Notes under the pieces: model-generated
What the model was told of the DNA's origin: nothing
Database searches by the model: none
The model's input: only the letters and a program-made list of their open reading frames with translations
From: Acidimicrobiales bacterium
GTDB lineage: Bacteria; Actinomycetota; Acidimicrobiia; Acidimicrobiales; UBA8190
Length of the DNA: 60,953 nt
Assembly: GCA_035623275.1 (NCBI GenBank)
Contig: DASPTT010000080.1
Coordinates: forward strand, 1-60,953
Reading direction: 5' to 3'
Translations under genes and position numbers: made by a program
Part shown: positions 27,145-36,373 of the stretch, piece after piece
How the letters are laid out: every line of letters begins with the position of its first letter
Position numbering within the stretch: position 1 is the stretch's first letter

Positions 27145-30100
27145 TCAGCGACCGGCAGCGGCGGCCGAGGCCCCCTCGTCGTCGGTCTCTCGCCGGACCT
27201 TCTGGCTCACCACCTGCGACGAGCCGCCGGGCGCCATCGTGACCCCGTAGAGGGCGTCCGCCGCCTCCATGGTCCGCTTCTGGTGGCTCACGATGATGAG
27301 CTGCGCCTCGTCGCGGAACTCGTGGAGCAGGTCGAGGAACCGGTGAAGGTTGACGTCGTCCAGCGCGGCCTCGACCTCGTCCATGAGGTAGAAGGGCGAG
27401 GGCCGGCTCCGGAACACGGCGAAGAGGAAGGCCAGGGCCACGAGCGAGCGCTCGCCACCGGAGAGCAGCGAGAGCTTGCGCACGTTCTTCCCGGCCGGGC
27501 GCGCCTCCACCTCCACGCCCGTGTTGAGCAGGTCCTCGGTGTCGGTCAGCGCCAGCCGGCCGGTCCCGCCGGGGAACAGGGTCGAGACCAGCGACTGGAA
27601 GTGGTCGTTGACGTCGGCGAACGCCTCGGCGAAGAGGCGGACGATCTCGTCGTCGACGGCCCGGATCACCTGCTGGAGCTCGCGCTTTGCCCGCCGGACG
27701 TCCTCGACCTGCTCCTCGAGGAAGCGATGGCGCTCCTCGAGGGCGCCGAGCTCGTCGAGAGCGAGGGGGTTGACGGGCCCCAGTGCCGCCAGCTCGGTTT
27801 CGATCGCGGCCAGGCGGCTCTCGGCGTCCACACCGTCGGCGAGCTCGGGGCACGGGGCCGCCAGCGCCTCGTCGGGCTCGACGCCGAGCTCCCGTCGCAG
27901 TGCCTCGACCGCGGCCTCGTGGCGGACCGCCGCCTCGGCCAGCTCGATCTCGAGGCGCTGCAACCGGTCCCGCGCCTCCGTGGCGCGAGCGGCGGTCTCC
28001 GTTCGCTCCCGGCGCATCGCGTCGAGGCGCTCGCCGCCGGCACGGACGTCGTCGAGCTGGCGGGCCCGCATCTCCTGGAGGTGCGAGACGAGCGCGGCGA
28101 GTCGCCCCGCATGCCCCTCGACCGTCGCCGAGAGGCGCTCGACCACCAGGGCGTCACGCTCGATTCGGCGCCGCCGGGCCATCGCCTGCTCGCGTTCCTC
28201 GCTGTGCCCCGCGAGCCGGCGCTCGACATCGGCGAGCCGGTCGGCCATGACCGAACGACGCTCGGCCAGACCCGCGGCACGGACGTCCATGTCGCGGCGC
28301 ATGGCCGACACCCGAGCGCGCCGAGCGTCGAGCTCCCGGCGCGCCGAGGCGAGCTGTGCGAGACGATCGGCAGCCCCGGCGGCTGCGGCTTCGAGCTGCG
28401 GCAGCCCCTCGCGCAACGCCGTCAGGCGCGCGGTGCCGCTCTGGTGGCGGGCGACCACCTCGTCGCGGTGCTCGATGGCTTCGGCGATCTCTGCGTCGAT
28501 GGCGCCCAGCGCGTCACGCAGACGCGTCTGCGTCTCTTCGAGCACCGGTCGCGCGTCGGCCGCCCGGTCGCGCGCACGCGTGGCCTCGACCAACTCCTCA
28601 TGGGCGCGATCGGCGTGGGCACGTGCCCGCTCGAAGGCCTCGTGCGCGCCGCTCGCCGCCGCCGCCGCCGCTTCGGCCTGCCCCCGGGCCTCCTCTGCCG
28701 CGGCGGCGGTCGCCGGCACGGCCTCGCCATGGACGACCCATCCCCGACTCGAGAACCGGTCGCCTTCCTCGGTCACCACGACCAGATCGGGTCGGTCGAC
28801 GGCCACCTCCACGGCGGCTCGCCAGCCGCCGTGGACGGCCACGACGCTCGCCAGCAGCCGATCGAGGAGCACGCCCACGGCGGGCACCCGCGCGTGGACG
28901 TGGCGGCGCAGGAGGACCGATCCGGCCGGCTGCGCCGACATCGACGTCGCGGGCGCGCCCGGTCCCACCGCGAGGACGCTCCCCGACGCCTCGTGGTCGA
29001 TCAGGGCCCGCACCGCGGCGCGGGCGTTGTGGGCACCCTCGACGACCGCCGCCCGCACGGTGGCACCCAGGGCGGCGGCAAAGGCGGCGCCCCACCCCTC
29101 GTCGACGTCGACGAGGTCCTCGAGCGCGCCGATCACACCAGGCACACCGGCAAGGGCCTCCGAGCGGCCGGCACCGCGCGCCTGCTCGACGGCACGAGCC
29201 AGTGCCTCCGCGCGCGCCTCGGCTCGATGGCGGTCGCGCTCGGCCCGACGCGCCGCCTCGTCGGCGCGGCCCGTGGCGGCAAGGGCCGCCTGACGCGCCC
29301 GGTGCGCGTCGGCCACGCGCGCCTCAAGGGCGGGCAGCAGCTCGTCGACCTCGGCGATCTGGCTGTCGACCCCCGCAGCCTCCTCGCCCCGCGACGTCTT
29401 CGAGGACAGCAGGGCGCGGATCCGCTGCTCGAATCGGTCGACGACCGTGCGCTCGTTGTCGAGGGCGTTGGTCAGTGCCTGGATCTGCGAGCGGGCGACG
29501 GCGAGGGCCTCCTCGCCGTCGCGCGGGGCGGCCGCCTCCTCGTCGGCGGCCTCGAAGGACCCGACCGCGTCGGCGAGCTCGGCCTCCGCCTCCTCGACGG
29601 CGCGCCAGCCAGGGGCCAGCGCGTCCGACTCGCCGTCGGCCGCCTCGATCCCGGCGGCCAGGCGGGCGGCGTCCGACTCGAGCGACGACACCACGTCGGC
29701 CGCGGCGGCGGCGTCGAGTGCCTGCGCCAACGAGCGCCGGCGCTCGGCGAGCACGCCCCCGAGGCCGCGGCACCGCTCGGCCAGGCTCTGCACCCGCGTC
29801 AGCGCGACGACGAGATCCTCCTCGCGCCGGGCGGAGAGCTCGGCGGCGGCCAGGTCCATGGCGGCGTCGAGCTCGCCCAGCATCTTCTGCAGGACCGCCT
29901 CGTCGGCGGCCAGCCGGTCCCGCTCGGCGCCAGCGGTCGCCCGGCGGTCGGTCAGGTGGGCGATCTCGCGTCCGACCAGGAACAGGCGCAGGGTCCGAAG
30001 CTCCTCCACCAGGGTGGTGTGCGAGCGGGCCGCCGCCGCCTGGCGCTCGAGGGGGCGGATCTGGCGCCGCACCTCGCGCACCAGGTCGCCGAGGCGCTCG

Positions 30101-30663
30101 AGGTTCTCCTCCGTCGCGGCGAGCCGTCGCTCGGAGCGCTCCCGCCGGCGGCGGTGCTTGAGCACGCCGGCCGCTTCCTCGATGACCATGCGGCGGTCCT
30201 CGGGCCGGGCGTTCAAGATCGCGTCGAGCTGGCCCTGGCTCACGATGACGTGCTGCTGGCGACCAACGCCCGAGTCGGACAGCAGCTCCTGGATGTCGAG
30301 AAGGCGACAGGGCTGCCCGTTGATTGCGTACTCGCTCTCACCGGAGCGGAACAGGGTCCTCGTGATGGTGATCTCGGCCAGTCCGCCCGGGAGCCTCCCG
30401 GCCCGGTTGTCGATCGTGAGCGACACCTCGGCGCGTCCCAGCGCGGGACGGTCCGTCGAGCCGGCGAAGATGACGTCCTCCATCTTCTGCGACCGCACGG
30501 TCCGGGGGCCCTGTGCGCCGAGGACCCAGGCGACGGCGTCGACGACGTTGGACTTTCCGCTGCCGTTGGGGCCGACCACGACGGTCACGCCCGGTTCCAT
30601 CTGCAACGTGGCGGGGTCCGCGAAGGACTTGAACCCCTTGAGCGTGAGGGACTTCAGGAACAC
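27145..30663 (-). CDS. smc: chromosome segregation protein SMC
   Basis: 1172 aa; N-terminal Walker A VVVGPNGSGKSNV, long coiled coils, hinge, C-terminal LSGGE signature and Walker B. Confidence 0.95.
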   Translation of the reverse strand: MFLKSLTLKGFKSFADPATLQMEPGVTVVVGPNGSGKSNVVDAVAWVLGAQGPRTVRSQKMEDVIFAGSTDRPALGRAEVSLTIDNRAGRLPGGLAEITITRTLFRSGESEYAINGQPCRLLDIQELLSDSGVGRQQHVIVSQGQLDAILNARPEDRRMVIEEAAGVLKHRRRRERSERRLAATEENLERLGDLVREVRRQIRPLERQAAAARSHTTLVEELRTLRLFLVGREIAHLTDRRATAGAERDRLAADEAVLQKMLGELDAAMDLAAAELSARREEDLVVALTRVQSLAERCRGLGGVLAERRRSLAQALDAAAAADVVSSLESDAARLAAGIEAADGESDALAPGWRAVEEAEAELADAVGSFEAADEEAAAPRDGEEALAVARSQIQALTNALDNERTVVDRFEQRIRALLSSKTSRGEEAAGVDSQIAEVDELLPALEARVADAHRARQAALAATGRADEAARRAERDRHRAEARAEALARAVEQARGAGRSEALAGVPGVIGALEDLVDVDEGWGAAFAAALGATVRAAVVEGAHNARAAVRALIDHEASGSVLAVGPGAPATSMSAQPAGSVLLRRHVHARVPAVGVLLDRLLASVVAVHGGWRAAVEVAVDRPDLVVVTEEGDRFSSRGWVVHGEAVPATAAAAEEARGQAEAAAAAASGAHEAFERARAHADRAHEELVEATRARDRAADARPVLEETQTRLRDALGAIDAEIAEAIEHRDEVVARHQSGTARLTALREGLPQLEAAAAGAADRLAQLASARRELDARRARVSAMRRDMDVRAAGLAERRSVMADRLADVERRLAGHSEEREQAMARRRRIERDALVVERLSATVEGHAGRLAALVSHLQEMRARQLDDVRAGGERLDAMRRERTETAARATEARDRLQRLEIELAEAAVRHEAAVEALRRELGVEPDEALAAPCPELADGVDAESRLAAIETELAALGPVNPLALDELGALEERHRFLEEQVEDVRRAKRELQQVIRAVDDEIVRLFAEAFADVNDHFQSLVSTLFPGGTGRLALTDTEDLLNTGVEVEARPAGKNVRKLSLLSGGERSLVALAFLFAVFRSRPSPFYLMDEVEAALDDVNLHRFLDLLHEFRDEAQLIIVSHQKRTMEAADALYGVTMAPGGSSQVVSQKVRRETDDEGASAAAAGR

Positions 30664-30738
30664 CGGCCGCCACCCTACCCGGCGCCCTGCGGCATTCGGG
30701 GATGGTCACGCGCCACCGACGGGAGCCGTCGGGGGCGC

Positions 30739-31578
30739 TCAGATCTGGCAGTGCTCACAGAGAAACGCGGAGCGGCCGTTCACCTTGACCCGCACGATCG
30801 AGTTCCGACAGCGGCGGCAAGCCTGCCCGGCGCGGTCGTAGACCTGGTGCTGGCCCTGGAAGTCCCCCGTCTCGCCGAAGAGGTCCCGGTACTGCTCGTC
30901 GGCCAGCGACGAGCCGCGGTACTTGATGGCCTCGCTCAGCGTCTCGACCATCGACCGATACAGCCTCCGGATCTCCTGCGCGCTCAACGAGTCGGACATC
31001 CGGTCGTAGCGAAGCCCGGCGGCGAACAGGATCTCGTCCGAATAGATGTTGCCGATCCCGGCGACGAACTTCTGGTCCATGAGCAGCGTCTTGAGCTGGC
31101 CATGACGCTCGGCGAGCAGGTGGCCGAACTGCGCCCAGCTCATGACGTCCTCGACGGGGTCGAACCCGAGGTGCGCGAGCTCGGGCACCTCCTGCTCGAC
31201 CGCACCCGAGGTGGTCACGAACATCTCGCCGAAGGTCCGAGGGTCGACGAAGCGGAGCTGGCCGCCCTGGGTGAACGTGATGATCACGTGCGTGTGCTTG
31301 TCCACCGGGTCCTTCGGGCCCTTGGCCCGCTGCAGCTGACCGCTCATCCCGAGATGCACGGCCAGCACCTCGTCGCCGTCGAGCTCGAGGAGGAGGTACT
31401 TCCCCGCCCTGCGGATCCCGACGATCTTGTGGCCCTCGAGGCGCGTCCGGAACTCCTTGGCGTCCTTGTGGCGGCGGATCGACCGCTTGCCCTTCACCTC
31501 CACGGTCTTGATCCGGCGACCGACGACCTCCTTGTCCAGGTCGCGCCGGATCGTCTCGACTTCGGGCAGCTCAGGCAC
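30739..31578 (-). CDS. mutM: formamidopyrimidine-DNA glycosylase
   Basis: 279 aa from GTG; PELPEVE N-terminus, C-terminal zinc finger CRRC...CEHCQ. Confidence 0.9.
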   Translation of the reverse strand: MPELPEVETIRRDLDKEVVGRRIKTVEVKGKRSIRRHKDAKEFRTRLEGHKIVGIRRAGKYLLLELDGDEVLAVHLGMSGQLQRAKGPKDPVDKHTHVIITFTQGGQLRFVDPRTFGEMFVTTSGAVEQEVPELAHLGFDPVEDVMSWAQFGHLLAERHGQLKTLLMDQKFVAGIGNIYSDEILFAAGLRYDRMSDSLSAQEIRRLYRSMVETLSEAIKYRGSSLADEQYRDLFGETGDFQGQHQVYDRAGQACRRCRNSIVRVKVNGRSAFLCEHCQI

Positions 31579-32263
31579 GGCCACCGCCCTCGGCACCCAC
31601 GAGCCGGCTCCACGCGGACCGGGCCGCCGCCTGCTCGGCGTCCTTCTTCGAGCGTCCTTCGCCCGTGCCCCGCAGCTCGCCGGCGACGTGCACGGCGGCG
31701 GCGTAGCGCCGAGCGTGGTCGGGCCCTGCGCCTTGCACCTCGTAGCGGGGAAGCTCCCCGAAGCGGCGGATGACGACCTCCTGGAGCCTCGTCTTGAAGT
31801 CCTCGGCCCCCGGCCCGGCCGCCGCGTCGACGATCCGGTCCCCGAGCAGCTCGAGGACGAGCTGCGCGGCTTCGCCCCAGCCACCGTCGAGGTAGACGGC
31901 GCCGATGATCGCCTCCACGGCGTTGGCGACGATCGACGGCTTCTCCCGCCCGCCGGAGGCGGCCTCACCACGGCCGAGCCGCAGTGCCTGCCCGACGCCC
32001 AGCCCCGCACCCACCTCGGCCAGCACCTGGGTGCTCACCACGCCGGCCCGCACCTTGGCCAGCGACCCCTCGGTCAGGTCCGGGTACGCCCGGTAGCAGT
32101 GGTCGGCGACAACCAGCCCGAGCACGGCGTCGCCGAGGAACTCGAGCCGCTCGTTCGAGGGGACACCGCCGGCCTCGGCGCACCACGAGCGGTGCGACAG
32201 GGCCTGTGCCAGCAGGCCGGGGTCGGCGAACGGCCGCCCCAGGCTGACCTCGAGGTGCTCCAC
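31571..32263 (-). CDS. rnc: ribonuclease III
   Basis: 230 aa; ERLEFLGDAVLG RNase III signature plus dsRBD; 8-nt overlap with mutM. Confidence 0.9.
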   Translation of the reverse strand: MEHLEVSLGRPFADPGLLAQALSHRSWCAEAGGVPSNERLEFLGDAVLGLVVADHCYRAYPDLTEGSLAKVRAGVVSTQVLAEVGAGLGVGQALRLGRGEAASGGREKPSIVANAVEAIIGAVYLDGGWGEAAQLVLELLGDRIVDAAAGPGAEDFKTRLQEVVIRRFGELPRYEVQGAGPDHARRYAAAVHVAGELRGTGEGRSKKDAEQAAARSAWSRLVGAEGGGRA

Positions 32264-32396
32264 GACGTCGGCCGGTGGCGACGACAGACGACCCCGCCCC
32301 GGGCCCTCGCCCTCGGGCGCGGGCCCTGCCGGAGCAGCGGCGGCCTCCGGTGCGGCGCTCTCGGCGCCCTGCTGGGACTCCGGTCCGCCTCCCGTC

Positions 32397-32660
32397 TCAG
32401 CTCACCTCGAGCTTGGCGACCACGTAGTCGACCGCGTCACGGACCGTCCGCAGGTCCTCGAGGTCCTCGTCCTCGATCCGGAACCCCACGGAGCGCTCCC
32501 CGAGCTCCTCCTCCAGGGCCTCGACCAGCTCGATCAGGGCCAGCGAGTCGGCGTCGAGGTCCTCGGCGAACGACGACGACTCGCCGATCGTGTTCGGCTC
32601 GATCTCCAGGATGTCTGCCAGCTGGTCGCGAATCAGCTCGAAGACCTCCTGCCGGCCCAT
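32397..32660 (-). CDS. acpP: acyl carrier protein
   Basis: 87 aa from internal ATG; DLDADSLALIELVEALEEELG phosphopantetheine-attachment motif. Confidence 0.85.
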   Translation of the reverse strand: MGRQEVFELIRDQLADILEIEPNTIGESSSFAEDLDADSLALIELVEALEEELGERSVGFRIEDEDLEDLRTVRDAVDYVVAKLEVS

Positions 32661-32846
32661 CGGGCCCTTCTCCACGTGCGTCTCTGCGGGCACCCTGCTC
32701 TCCTGCGGCTCGGCTCAGGGGGCATCCTACCTGGTCGCAGCGGCCCTTCTCCGGTACCGGCGACGGCCGACGACCCGCACGATGGGGGGAAACCCCAGGT
32801 CAAAAGAGTTCCGCGCTCCGAGTGCCGATCCGCGACCGGCGGGCGG

Positions 32847-33824
32847 TCAGGTCACCGACTCCGCGACCCGCTCGACGAGGCCGCCTGCGGCCACGTCGTG
32901 GGCCACCCGCACCGCCGAGACGATGGCACGGGCGCTGGAGGAGCCGTGGCTGATCACGCACACGCCGTCGACGCCCAGCAGCATCGCCCCGCCGGTGTTC
33001 TCGGGGTCGAACTCGGCCGCCAAGGGGGCCAGGTGGGGCAAGAGGACGCCGGCTGCCGCCGAGGTCTGCTCGTCGGCCCCGAACACGGTGCCGAGCGCCT
33101 CCATGAAGAAGCGGAGCGACCCCTCCAGGGTCTTGAGGGCGACGTTGCCGGTGAAGCCGTCGGTCACCACGACGTCGGCGACCCCCCGGAGCAGGTCTCG
33201 TCCCTCGCAATTGCCGAGGAAGCGGATCCCGGGTGTGGCGGCCAGCGCGGCGTGGGTGTCCTTGACCAGCGGTGTCCCCTTCGACTTCTCCTCGCCGATC
33301 GAAAGGAGCACCACGGTCGGCTCGGCGACGCCGTAGCGCGCCGCCGAGTAGGCCGCACCCATCTGCGCGAACTGCACCAGCATCGGCGCCGTGCACTCGG
33401 CATTGGCCCCGGCGTCGAGCAGGACCGTCGGGTGCGACCCGATGTTGGGGATGGGGGTGGCGATGGCCGGGCGCACCACACCCTTGAGCCGCCCCATCCG
33501 CAACAGCGCGCTGGCCATGGTGGCCCCGGTGTTGCCCGCGCTGACCATCGCCAGCGCACGTCCGTCGCGAACGGCCTCCGCCGCTCGGACCAGGGAGGAG
33601 TCCTTCTTCCGGCGCACACCCTGGGCCGGGTCCTCGTCCATGCCGATGACCTCGGCCGCCGGGAACACCTGGAGGCCGCCGACGTCGCCGAGGACCGCCG
33701 GCGGCCCGACCAGCGCCACCGGCACCCCGAGCTCCTCGGCGGCCAGGCGCGCTCCCGCGACGATCTCGTCGGGCGCGTTGTCGCCGCCCATGGCGTCCAC
33801 GGCGACGGGGAGCTCGGCGCCCAT
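32847..33824 (-). CDS. plsX: phosphate acyltransferase PlsX
   Basis: 325 aa; VAVDAMGGD...MVSAGNTGA PlsX motifs. Confidence 0.9.
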   Translation of the reverse strand: MGAELPVAVDAMGGDNAPDEIVAGARLAAEELGVPVALVGPPAVLGDVGGLQVFPAAEVIGMDEDPAQGVRRKKDSSLVRAAEAVRDGRALAMVSAGNTGATMASALLRMGRLKGVVRPAIATPIPNIGSHPTVLLDAGANAECTAPMLVQFAQMGAAYSAARYGVAEPTVVLLSIGEEKSKGTPLVKDTHAALAATPGIRFLGNCEGRDLLRGVADVVVTDGFTGNVALKTLEGSLRFFMEALGTVFGADEQTSAAAGVLLPHLAPLAAEFDPENTGGAMLLGVDGVCVISHGSSSARAIVSAVRVAHDVAAGGLVERVAESVT

Positions 33825-33855
33825 CAGGCCCCCAGCACGGTCCGGACCGACCGCC

Positions 33856-34035
33856 CTAGTCGATCTCGACGGCCTGGCGGCCCTTGTACCATCCGCAGTT
33901 CGGGCACACGACGTGCGGGAGCTTCGCCTGCTGGCACTGCGGGCACACGCTCCGTGCCGGCCTGCCGAGGACCCAGTTGGATGCGCGGCGGCTGCGGCTC
34001 TTGGCCTTGGAGGTCTTCTTCTTGGGGACGGCCAT
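33856..34035 (-). CDS. rpmF: 50S ribosomal protein L32
   Basis: 59 aa MAVPKKKTSKAKSRSRRASNWVLGRP...CPQCQQAKLPHVVCPNCGWYKG read directly from reverse strand; below the ORF-track length cutoff so not listed there. Confidence 0.85.
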   Translation of the reverse strand: MAVPKKKTSKAKSRSRRASNWVLGRPARSVCPQCQQAKLPHVVCPNCGWYKGRQAVEID

Positions 34036-34144
34036 CGTGGATCACCTCAGGTCGCGGGCCGTGCCACGTTAGCCGCTCGAGGACGGCCCCTCCGACCGGC
34101 CGCGCCGGCGCGGGCCCAGGACGGCCCCGGCGCCGCGGCGTCGG

Positions 34145-34666
34145 TCACGTGCCGTCGCCGGGCTCTGTCCCCCGAAGGACGTCCAGCGCGGCCCAACGGG
34201 GGTCGCGCCGCGCCTCGCAGCTGCACGGTCCTTCGTTCCAGTCTGCGCCGCAGACGGGGCACAGTCCCCTACAGTCGGGACGGCACAGCGGCGCCACCGG
34301 GAGCTCCAGGAGCACGGCGTCACGTGCCAGCGGCTCGAGGTCGACCTCGTCGTGGGCGAGGGGGTAGGTCTCCTCCCCGTCGCCGCGCTCGGTGTAGAGC
34401 TCCCGAACGGCGACGTCGAGGGTGCCGCCCACGGGGGCGGCGCAACGGCGGCACGTCCCCGTCCACGGGGCGAGGACCCGGCCGTGGACCGCGATCCCTC
34501 CCGCGATGGCCTCGAGGACGACGTCGGCGGTCACCTCCGCACCCTCGGGGACGGCCGTGCCCGACACCACCAGGTCCGGGATGGGCCCCGAACGCCGCAC
34601 GGCCCAGCTCCCCCCGGCGGTGCGGCGGAGGCGGGCGACGGGGACGACGAAGCGGTGGCCGGCCAC
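34145..34666 (-). CDS. yceD: YceD/DUF177 family protein (large-subunit rRNA accumulation)
   Basis: 173 aa from GTG; C-terminal Cys-rich CRPDCRGLCPVCGADWNEGPCSC motif; conserved position upstream of rpmF. Confidence 0.8.
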   Translation of the reverse strand: MAGHRFVVPVARLRRTAGGSWAVRRSGPIPDLVVSGTAVPEGAEVTADVVLEAIAGGIAVHGRVLAPWTGTCRRCAAPVGGTLDVAVRELYTERGDGEETYPLAHDEVDLEPLARDAVLLELPVAPLCRPDCRGLCPVCGADWNEGPCSCEARRDPRWAALDVLRGTEPGDGT

Positions 34667-34676
34667 GCCCGGCCCC

Positions 34677-35288
34677 TCAGACCTCGTCCTGGTCGAAGAA
34701 CCGGGACTCCTCGGCATCTGCCCCGGCGCCGACCACGCGCGCCGCCGACGGGGGGGGTTCCGGCGGCGGCGTCGCCTGGAGCTTCTCGCGCCCGGACTGC
34801 ACGATCCGCATCGTCCGGTCCAGCACGATCTCGAAGGACGCGAGCTTCTGGTCGCAGAAGTCCTCGGCCTCGTGGCGCAGGCGCCGGGCCTCCTGGCGGG
34901 CGTCCTCGAGGATGCGCTGGGCCACCTGATTGGCCTGCCGCACGATCTCCGTCCGCTGCACCATCCGCTCCGCCTGGGCCCGCACCTCCTCGAGGAGCTG
35001 GTCCGCCTCGCGTCGGCGGGACTCCAGGAACTCGTCGCGCTCGCGCAGGAGCCAGCGAGCCTGTCGCATCTCGTCGGGCAGCCGATCGAGGGCGCGCTGG
35101 AGCAGCTCGACCAGCTCGTCACGGGCCACGAGGACCGAGGAGGACAGCGGCATGGCGCGGGCGCCGGCTACCTCGTCGATGGCATGCCGGATGAGCGTCT
35201 CGGCGTCGGCGTCGGCGTCGGGCCCCGCGCGATGCGCCTCGGCCTCCGCGTCGTCGTCGAGCGCGTCGGCGAACGGATCGTCGCTCAC
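34677..35288 (-). CDS. hypothetical coiled-coil protein (DivIVA-like)
   Basis: 203 aa, acidic N-terminus, long helical region rich in R/E/Q; conserved slot between coaD and yceD. Confidence 0.5.
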   Translation of the reverse strand: MSDDPFADALDDDAEAEAHRAGPDADADAETLIRHAIDEVAGARAMPLSSSVLVARDELVELLQRALDRLPDEMRQARWLLRERDEFLESRRREADQLLEEVRAQAERMVQRTEIVRQANQVAQRILEDARQEARRLRHEAEDFCDQKLASFEIVLDRTMRIVQSGREKLQATPPPEPPPSAARVVGAGADAEESRFFDQDEV

Positions 35289-35764
35289 CGGCCGAACTTC
35301 TCCGCCAGGCGGGCCGCGACGGACTTGGGCACGAACGCCGAGACGTCGCCGCCGTACTTCGCCACTTCGCGCAGGAGCCGCGAGGCGACGAACGAAGACG
35401 TCGAGCTGGTCGGGATGAAGAGGGTCTCGATGCCCGAGAGCTGGCGGTTCATCTGCGCCATCTGGAGCTCGTTCTCGAAGTCGGTCACGGCCCGCAGCCC
35501 CTTGACGATGGCCGTGGCCCCCACGTCGCGGGCCACGTTCACCACCAGGGTCGAGACCGAGACGATACGGACGTTGGTCAGCTCCTCGAGGGCCTCCCGG
35601 AGCATGTCCTCACGCTCGGCCAGGTTGAAGAGGGGCTCGGCCTTCTGCGGGTTGCGGACCGCGGCCACGACCACCTCGTCGAAGAGCCGTCCCGCCCGCT
35701 CGACGACCTCGTAGTGGCCGTTGTGGAAGGGGTCGAACGACCCCGGGAACAGGGCGACGGTCAC
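35285..35764 (-). CDS. coaD: phosphopantetheine adenylyltransferase
   Basis: 159 aa from GTG; ALFPGSFDPFHNGH nucleotidyltransferase motif. Confidence 0.9.
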   Translation of the reverse strand: MTVALFPGSFDPFHNGHYEVVERAGRLFDEVVVAAVRNPQKAEPLFNLAEREDMLREALEELTNVRIVSVSTLVVNVARDVGATAIVKGLRAVTDFENELQMAQMNRQLSGIETLFIPTSSTSSFVASRLLREVAKYGGDVSAFVPKSVAARLAEKFGR

Positions 35765-36321
35765 GGGCTCCCTTTCTGGTCTCTCCGGCCGTCCTCGGCC
35801 GCGGGCGCGTGACGGACGACCGTGACGAGCGTATCCCCGTACCGCTTGTGCCGGACGATCTCCCAGGTCACAGGGACTTCGAGCGGACGGTCCGACTCGA
35901 GCACGGCAAGCTCGGCGTCGAGCGTGGCGAGCAGCGACGCCCAGTCGTCGAACGCGTAGGGCGGATCGGCCAGGGCGAGGGTGACGTGCTGCGCGCCCGC
36001 CGACCACCCGAGGGCGTCGGCCCGGACGACCTCGGCGCGCGCGCCGGCCAGTCCCGTGGACTCGAGGTTGGCGCGGATCGCAGCCAGCGCCGGCGCGGCA
36101 CGCTCGACGAAGACGACCCGCGCCGCCCCCCGCGAGAGCGCCTCGATGCCCAGGGCGCCGCTCCCGGCGAACAGATCGACGACCGTGGCCCCCTCGAGCT
36201 CGAGCATCGTGTCGAGCATGTCGAAGATGGCCTCGCGCACCCGGTCGGCGGTGGGCCGCGTGGCCCGGCCGGCGGGGGCCCGCAACCGACGCCCCCGGGC
36301 GCTGCCTCCCACGACGCGCAC
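35761..36321 (-). CDS. rsmD: 16S rRNA (guanine966-N2)-methyltransferase
   Basis: 186 aa; DLFAGSGALGIEALSRGA SAM motif, DPPY motif. Confidence 0.85.
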   Translation of the reverse strand: MRVVGGSARGRRLRAPAGRATRPTADRVREAIFDMLDTMLELEGATVVDLFAGSGALGIEALSRGAARVVFVERAAPALAAIRANLESTGLAGARAEVVRADALGWSAGAQHVTLALADPPYAFDDWASLLATLDAELAVLESDRPLEVPVTWEIVRHKRYGDTLVTVVRHAPAAEDGRRDQKGSP

Positions 36322-36373
36322 CGGACGAGCCTAGCCAGGCCGCCGCGTCGGCCCGGTCGGCGTCCGAGGGCTT

